A stretch of DNA of 10,994 nt, from positions 1-10,994 of the forward strand of contig JAWXBZ010000175.1 in the NCBI GenBank assembly GCA_034440375.1, read 5' to 3'. The position numbers and the translations under genes were made by a program. Shown piece by piece: positions 7,979 to 10,994 of this stretch. How positions within the stretch are numbered: position 1 is the first letter of the stretch; each line of letters begins with the position of its first letter. Source of the DNA: Candidatus Eiseniibacteriota bacterium (GTDB lineage: Bacteria; Eisenbacteria; RBG-16-71-46; JABDJR01; JAWXBZ01). The notes under the pieces were generated by a model, which saw only the letters and a list, made by a program, of their open reading frames with translations, ran no database searches and had not been told where the DNA came from.

Positions 7979-8006
7979 TTGAATCAGACGCATAAGTCGC
8001 TAAACT
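7979..8006 (+). promoter_or_regulatory. Putative sigma70-type promoter for the GT-C/flippase pair
   Basis: TTGAAT (7979-7984), 16-nt spacer, TAAACT (8001-8006) in the AT-richer intergenic gap. The predicted TSS near 8012-8013 is only a few nt before ATG 8017, which has no Shine-Dalgarno. Confidence 0.5.
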
Positions 8007-8019
8007 GTTTCGACTTATG
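7991..8019. repeat. 29-bp inverted repeat (operator-like or 5'-UTR hairpin)
   Basis: CATAAGTCG-ctaaactgttt-CGACTTATG: perfect 9-bp arms, with further internal dyad AAAC-t-GTTT. The right arm includes the ATG at 8017. Confidence 0.85.
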
Positions 8020-9372
8020 GAGCACGCAAGTCTACGCCGCCTTCCGGTTGACGTCAACCGAATCCAGATTGATGCCCCGCCCCGCGACTTCCGGCTGGCC
8101 TGGGCCCTCTTCCTCGGAGCCCTGATCGTTCGGCTGGCCTATATCGCACTCAGGGACCTGGGCAACGCGGTACCGACCGGCACCGACGCCGTCTCTTACG
8201 ATGTCTTCGCCCGGGCCATCCTCGCCGGCAGCAGCTGGCTTACCCACCCGGGCGCCGAGCTGTTCCGACCTCCCGGCTTTCCGGTGATACTGGCCGCTCA
8301 GTACGCCCTCTTTTGCGGCAACATGGATGTCGTCCAGCTGAGCCAGGCCTTCGTCGGCGCCGCGTCGGTGGTCTTGCTCTTCGAATTCGGGCGCCGCCAC
8401 GTCGATCGAAAGGCGGCGCTCCTGGCCGCCGCCTGGCTGATGATCAATCCGCTCCACCTCGACTTCGCCGGCAAACTCCTGCGCGAAAACTGGCTGGTGC
8501 TGCTGAATATCGCTGTCATCGCGTCCTTGCTCGCCAAGGACGGCCTGGCGACGAAGGGGCTGATCCGAACCGCCCTCCTGTTCACGCTCCTCATGCACAT
8601 CGACTCACGCTACGTCTTCCACCTCCCGTTTTTCGCCCTCTATATCTCATTGGCGAAGCCATCCAAACAGGCACTCCTCGGCTGGTCACGCCTCACCGCC
8701 TCCATCAAACCAACCGCCCTCTTTCTACTGGTAGTCCTCGCCGCCAGCGCCCCCTGGGCGATCCGCAATGCGGTGGCGTATGACCGCTTCGTGTTGATCG
8801 ACCCGCGCGCGCTCGACCGCTGGGCAAACAAGGCGAAAGCCAGCGTGGCCAGGGAAGCCGAATCAAGGGCCCTGCCGATGGCCGGCTTTGAAGCCCGGAA
8901 GACCGCGCAGTTCGATTCACTGACGACCGAGGAACAGGCTGCCTTCCGCGCCGGCATCCGGCCCGGCTCCGGCGCGTTGACCAAGGCCACATTCAACCTG
9001 ACTGAATTCTGGCGCCTCTACCACAATCACAGCGAGTATCGCCCATTCCCCGACGCCCGATTCGCCAGCCGCTGGAGCCTCGAGCACAACGTGTCGAGCC
9101 TTGTCTTCATGGGTCTGCTCCTGCCGTTCTTCGTTATCGGCGTTGTCCGCGGCGTCCAAACGGCGGACCGGGTCATCCTCGTCATGACCGCCTTTATCAT
9201 TGTCCACACGCTGTTGCATGTCGTCGTCCACAGCGTCACGCGCTATCGTCTGCCCGTGGAGCCCTTCTACGCGCTGATCGCCATGCAGTCGATCGTCAAG
9301 CAGTCGCGCGTCATGCAGTCGCTCCTCGCAAAGGGACGTGCGACACCCCCGGCACCGGAAGTGGCCGCATGA
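8017..9372 (+). CDS. GT-C fold integral membrane glycosyltransferase (ArnT / PMT-like, GT83/GT39-type), 451 aa
   Basis: First TM helix is followed by loop GTDAVSYD and FRPPGFP. It has many TM segments plus LLRENW, PWAIRNA and C-terminal RYRLPVEP, the pattern typical of lipid-phosphate-sugar-dependent transferases. Confidence 0.82.
   Translation: MEHASLRRLPVDVNRIQIDAPPRDFRLAWALFLGALIVRLAYIALRDLGNAVPTGTDAVSYDVFARAILAGSSWLTHPGAELFRPPGFPVILAAQYALFCGNMDVVQLSQAFVGAASVVLLFEFGRRHVDRKAALLAAAWLMINPLHLDFAGKLLRENWLVLLNIAVIASLLAKDGLATKGLIRTALLFTLLMHIDSRYVFHLPFFALYISLAKPSKQALLGWSRLTASIKPTALFLLVVLAASAPWAIRNAVAYDRFVLIDPRALDRWANKAKASVAREAESRALPMAGFEARKTAQFDSLTTEEQAAFRAGIRPGSGALTKATFNLTEFWRLYHNHSEYRPFPDARFASRWSLEHNVSSLVFMGLLLPFFVIGVVRGVQTADRVILVMTAFIIVHTLLHVVVHSVTRYRLPVEPFYALIAMQSIVKQSRVMQSLLAKGRATPPAPEVAA
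8029..8057 (-). promoter_or_regulatory. Putative sigma70-type promoter for the asnB-oxidoreductase-barrel operon
   Basis: Minus strand reads TTGACG (8057-8052), exactly 17 nt, then TAGACT (8034-8029). This is a near-consensus match in high-GC DNA; predicted TSS near 8022. Confidence 0.65.
8045..8060. repeat. Perfect 16-bp palindrome overlapping the predicted -35 box
   Basis: CGGTTGACGTCAACCG is its own reverse complement. Confidence 0.9.
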
Positions 9373-10400
9373 CCACCGCCCTGAAGCCCACGAGAAACCG
9401 GATGCCCCGCCGACTCATCCTGACCGCCGTCCTCACCATCGGCCTCGTCGCACTCCTCCTCACCCAGGTCTCGATCGGCAGGATCGTTGACATGATCAAG
9501 GGCGCCGACATCAAACTGTTTCTGCTGGCTGTCTTCGCGTATGCCCTCTCCTACGTCGGCCGCACGTGGCGCTGGAAGCTCCTGACGCCGGGCCACGACC
9601 TTGGATGGGGCACGCTGTTCGGCATCTCGACCGTGCACAACTTCATGCTCCGCGCCCTCCCATCCAAGCTGGGCGAAGCCAGCTACCTGGTCCTCATGCG
9701 CGCCCGCGGCGTCTCCGGCACCGAAGCGCTGGCCGCGCTGGTCGTCGCCCGCATCTACGACACGATCGCCGCACTTCTCTTTTTTGGACTGTCGATCTTC
9801 CTGGCCCACACCACCCTGGCCGGTTCGACTGCCGCCACGTTGGCCGTCACCCTGATCATCCTGTTGATTTCCGGCTTCGCCGTGCTCAAGGGCAGCCTGA
9901 TGATTCGGTGGATCACCACCCTGGCGCATCGACTGGTCGCCTCGAATCGCCTCCCGGCCTTCCTGACCGGTCACGGCATCCGCCGCCGAATGGCCAGCCT
10001 CGAGCAACATCTCGAGTCCATTCAATCCGGAAGGCAAGCCCCCCTGATCCTGGCCAACACCCTCCTGATCTGGACCCCGTCATTCGCCATGACCTGGTGG
10101 CTCCTCGATGCCTTCGGCCACCCTCAGAGCTTCTGGGGAACGGTGTTCGCCTCCACGCTGGGAATCGTGGCCACGCTCCTGCCGGTGGGAACGCTGGGCA
10201 ACTTCGGCACGCAGGAAATGGGTTGGGCCCTGGGGATGACCCTCCTCGGCGTCGACCGCGAGACCGCGCTGGCCACCGGCTTCTCGACTCACCTGGTGGG
10301 TTTCGTCCTGGCGGGATTGTTCGCGCTGATCGGCGCGCCGTTCAATGCGGTAGGAGGGCGGAACTCTGCCGGGAATCCTCAGCCAATAACGCGGGCGTAG
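9369..10400 (+). CDS. Lysylphosphatidylglycerol-synthase TM domain (UPF0104/YbhN-like) flippase-like membrane protein, 343 aa
   Basis: RTWRWKLL, LPSKLGEA, ARIYD and LPVGTLGNFGTQE motifs with about 8 hydrophobic segments. ATGA overlap with the GT-C gene. No cytoplasmic aminoacyl-transferase domain. Confidence 0.85.
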   Translation: MTTALKPTRNRMPRRLILTAVLTIGLVALLLTQVSIGRIVDMIKGADIKLFLLAVFAYALSYVGRTWRWKLLTPGHDLGWGTLFGISTVHNFMLRALPSKLGEASYLVLMRARGVSGTEALAALVVARIYDTIAALLFFGLSIFLAHTTLAGSTAATLAVTLIILLISGFAVLKGSLMIRWITTLAHRLVASNRLPAFLTGHGIRRRMASLEQHLESIQSGRQAPLILANTLLIWTPSFAMTWWLLDAFGHPQSFWGTVFASTLGIVATLLPVGTLGNFGTQEMGWALGMTLLGVDRETALATGFSTHLVGFVLAGLFALIGAPFNAVGGRNSAGNPQPITRA

Positions 10401-10994
10401 AGCGCTTCCAGCGACTCCAGCGCCGGCCTCGCCGCGAATTCGGCCTCCATCTTCTTCCGACCACGCAATCCCAGATCCCGCGCCGTCGCCGCATCCTTGT
10501 GAGCCTCATCCATCGCCCAGGCCAGCATCTCGGCATCCCCATTCGGCACCAGCCACCCCGTCTGATTCGGCAGGACCAGTTCCGGCAGCCCACCGATGGC
10601 CGACGCCACCACCGGCACTCCAAGCGCAAACGATTCCAGCACCGCATAGGGCTGATTCTCGTACCACTCGCTCGGTACGACCACCGCTCGTGCCGCACGA
10701 ATCGCTTCGTGAAGCGCCTCTTCCGCAAGATGTCCCAGAAATTCGACATGAAGGTTTTCCGCGCGCGCCCGCGCACGGAGTTCCGCTTCGAGCGGCCCGG
10801 TCCCGGCCACTCGAAGCCGAAGATGCGGTCGCCGCCCCAGAGCGTTGAACAGTGTCGACAACCCCTTCTCTTTCGAGAGGCGCCCCGCATACAACAGGTG
10901 CTCCCCCGACTCCCCCGCCGCCACCCGATACCGCTCCAGGTTCAGGAAGTAAGGCCGCACTTGAACCCGGTCCGCCGGCAACCCATGCGCCACC
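10379..10994 (-). CDS. GT4-family (GT-B) glycosyltransferase, C-terminal part (5'-partial)
   Basis: YAGRLSKEKGL, VAGTGP, VVVPSEWYENQPYAVLESFALGVPVVASAIGGLPE (EX7E motif) and TGWLV. The frame runs off the window end. Confidence 0.93.
   Translation of the reverse strand, partial: VAHGLPADRVQVRPYFLNLERYRVAAGESGEHLLYAGRLSKEKGLSTLFNALGRRPHLRLRVAGTGPLEAELRARARAENLHVEFLGHLAEEALHEAIRAARAVVVPSEWYENQPYAVLESFALGVPVVASAIGGLPELVLPNQTGWLVPNGDAEMLAWAMDEAHKDAATARDLGLRGRKKMEAEFAARPALESLEALYARVIG

Noticed and set aside
7991-8019. Invertible (phase-variable) promoter flanked by 9-bp inverted repeats
   Set aside because: The 11-bp interval is too short for recombinase-mediated inversion and no invertase is visible.
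9369-10400. Full MprF/aminoacyl-phosphatidylglycerol synthase
   Set aside because: Only the membrane domain is present; there is no tRNA-dependent transferase domain.
1-10994. CRISPR arrays, tRNA/rRNA, IS elements, integrases or defence genes
   Set aside because: No periodic repeats, RNA-gene signatures or transposase/integrase/nuclease motifs were seen; the largest intergenic gap is 80 bp.

Overview
High-GC bacterial window (about two-thirds G+C by eye), almost fully coding, with no mobile element, RNA gene or CRISPR array. Left block (+): the 3' part of a long-form RluA-family pseudouridine synthase (start upstream of the window) with an extra Cys-motif/coiled-coil N-terminal region, then two small YeeE/YedE-family sulfur-transport membrane proteins. 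The rest is part of a cell-surface glycan biosynthesis/modification locus. It has a tightly coupled minus-strand trio (AsnB-like amidotransferase, MDR + Gfo/Idh/MocA bi-domain oxidoreductase, uncharacterised aromatic-rich helical-barrel-like protein), a divergent plus-strand pair (GT-C/ArnT-PMT-like membrane glycosyltransferase and an LPG-synthase-TM/UPF0104 flippase-like protein), and a partial minus-strand GT4 glycosyltransferase. The most notable signals are: (i) the uncharacterised three-enzyme sugar-tailoring module; (ii) an ~80-bp control region with two face-to-face sigma70-like promoters, each overlapped by a perfect palindrome; (iii) an AsnB with a non-canonical active-site loop; (iv) a possible deaminase-like Zn site fused to RluA. 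All family calls come from motif recognition, not database searches.
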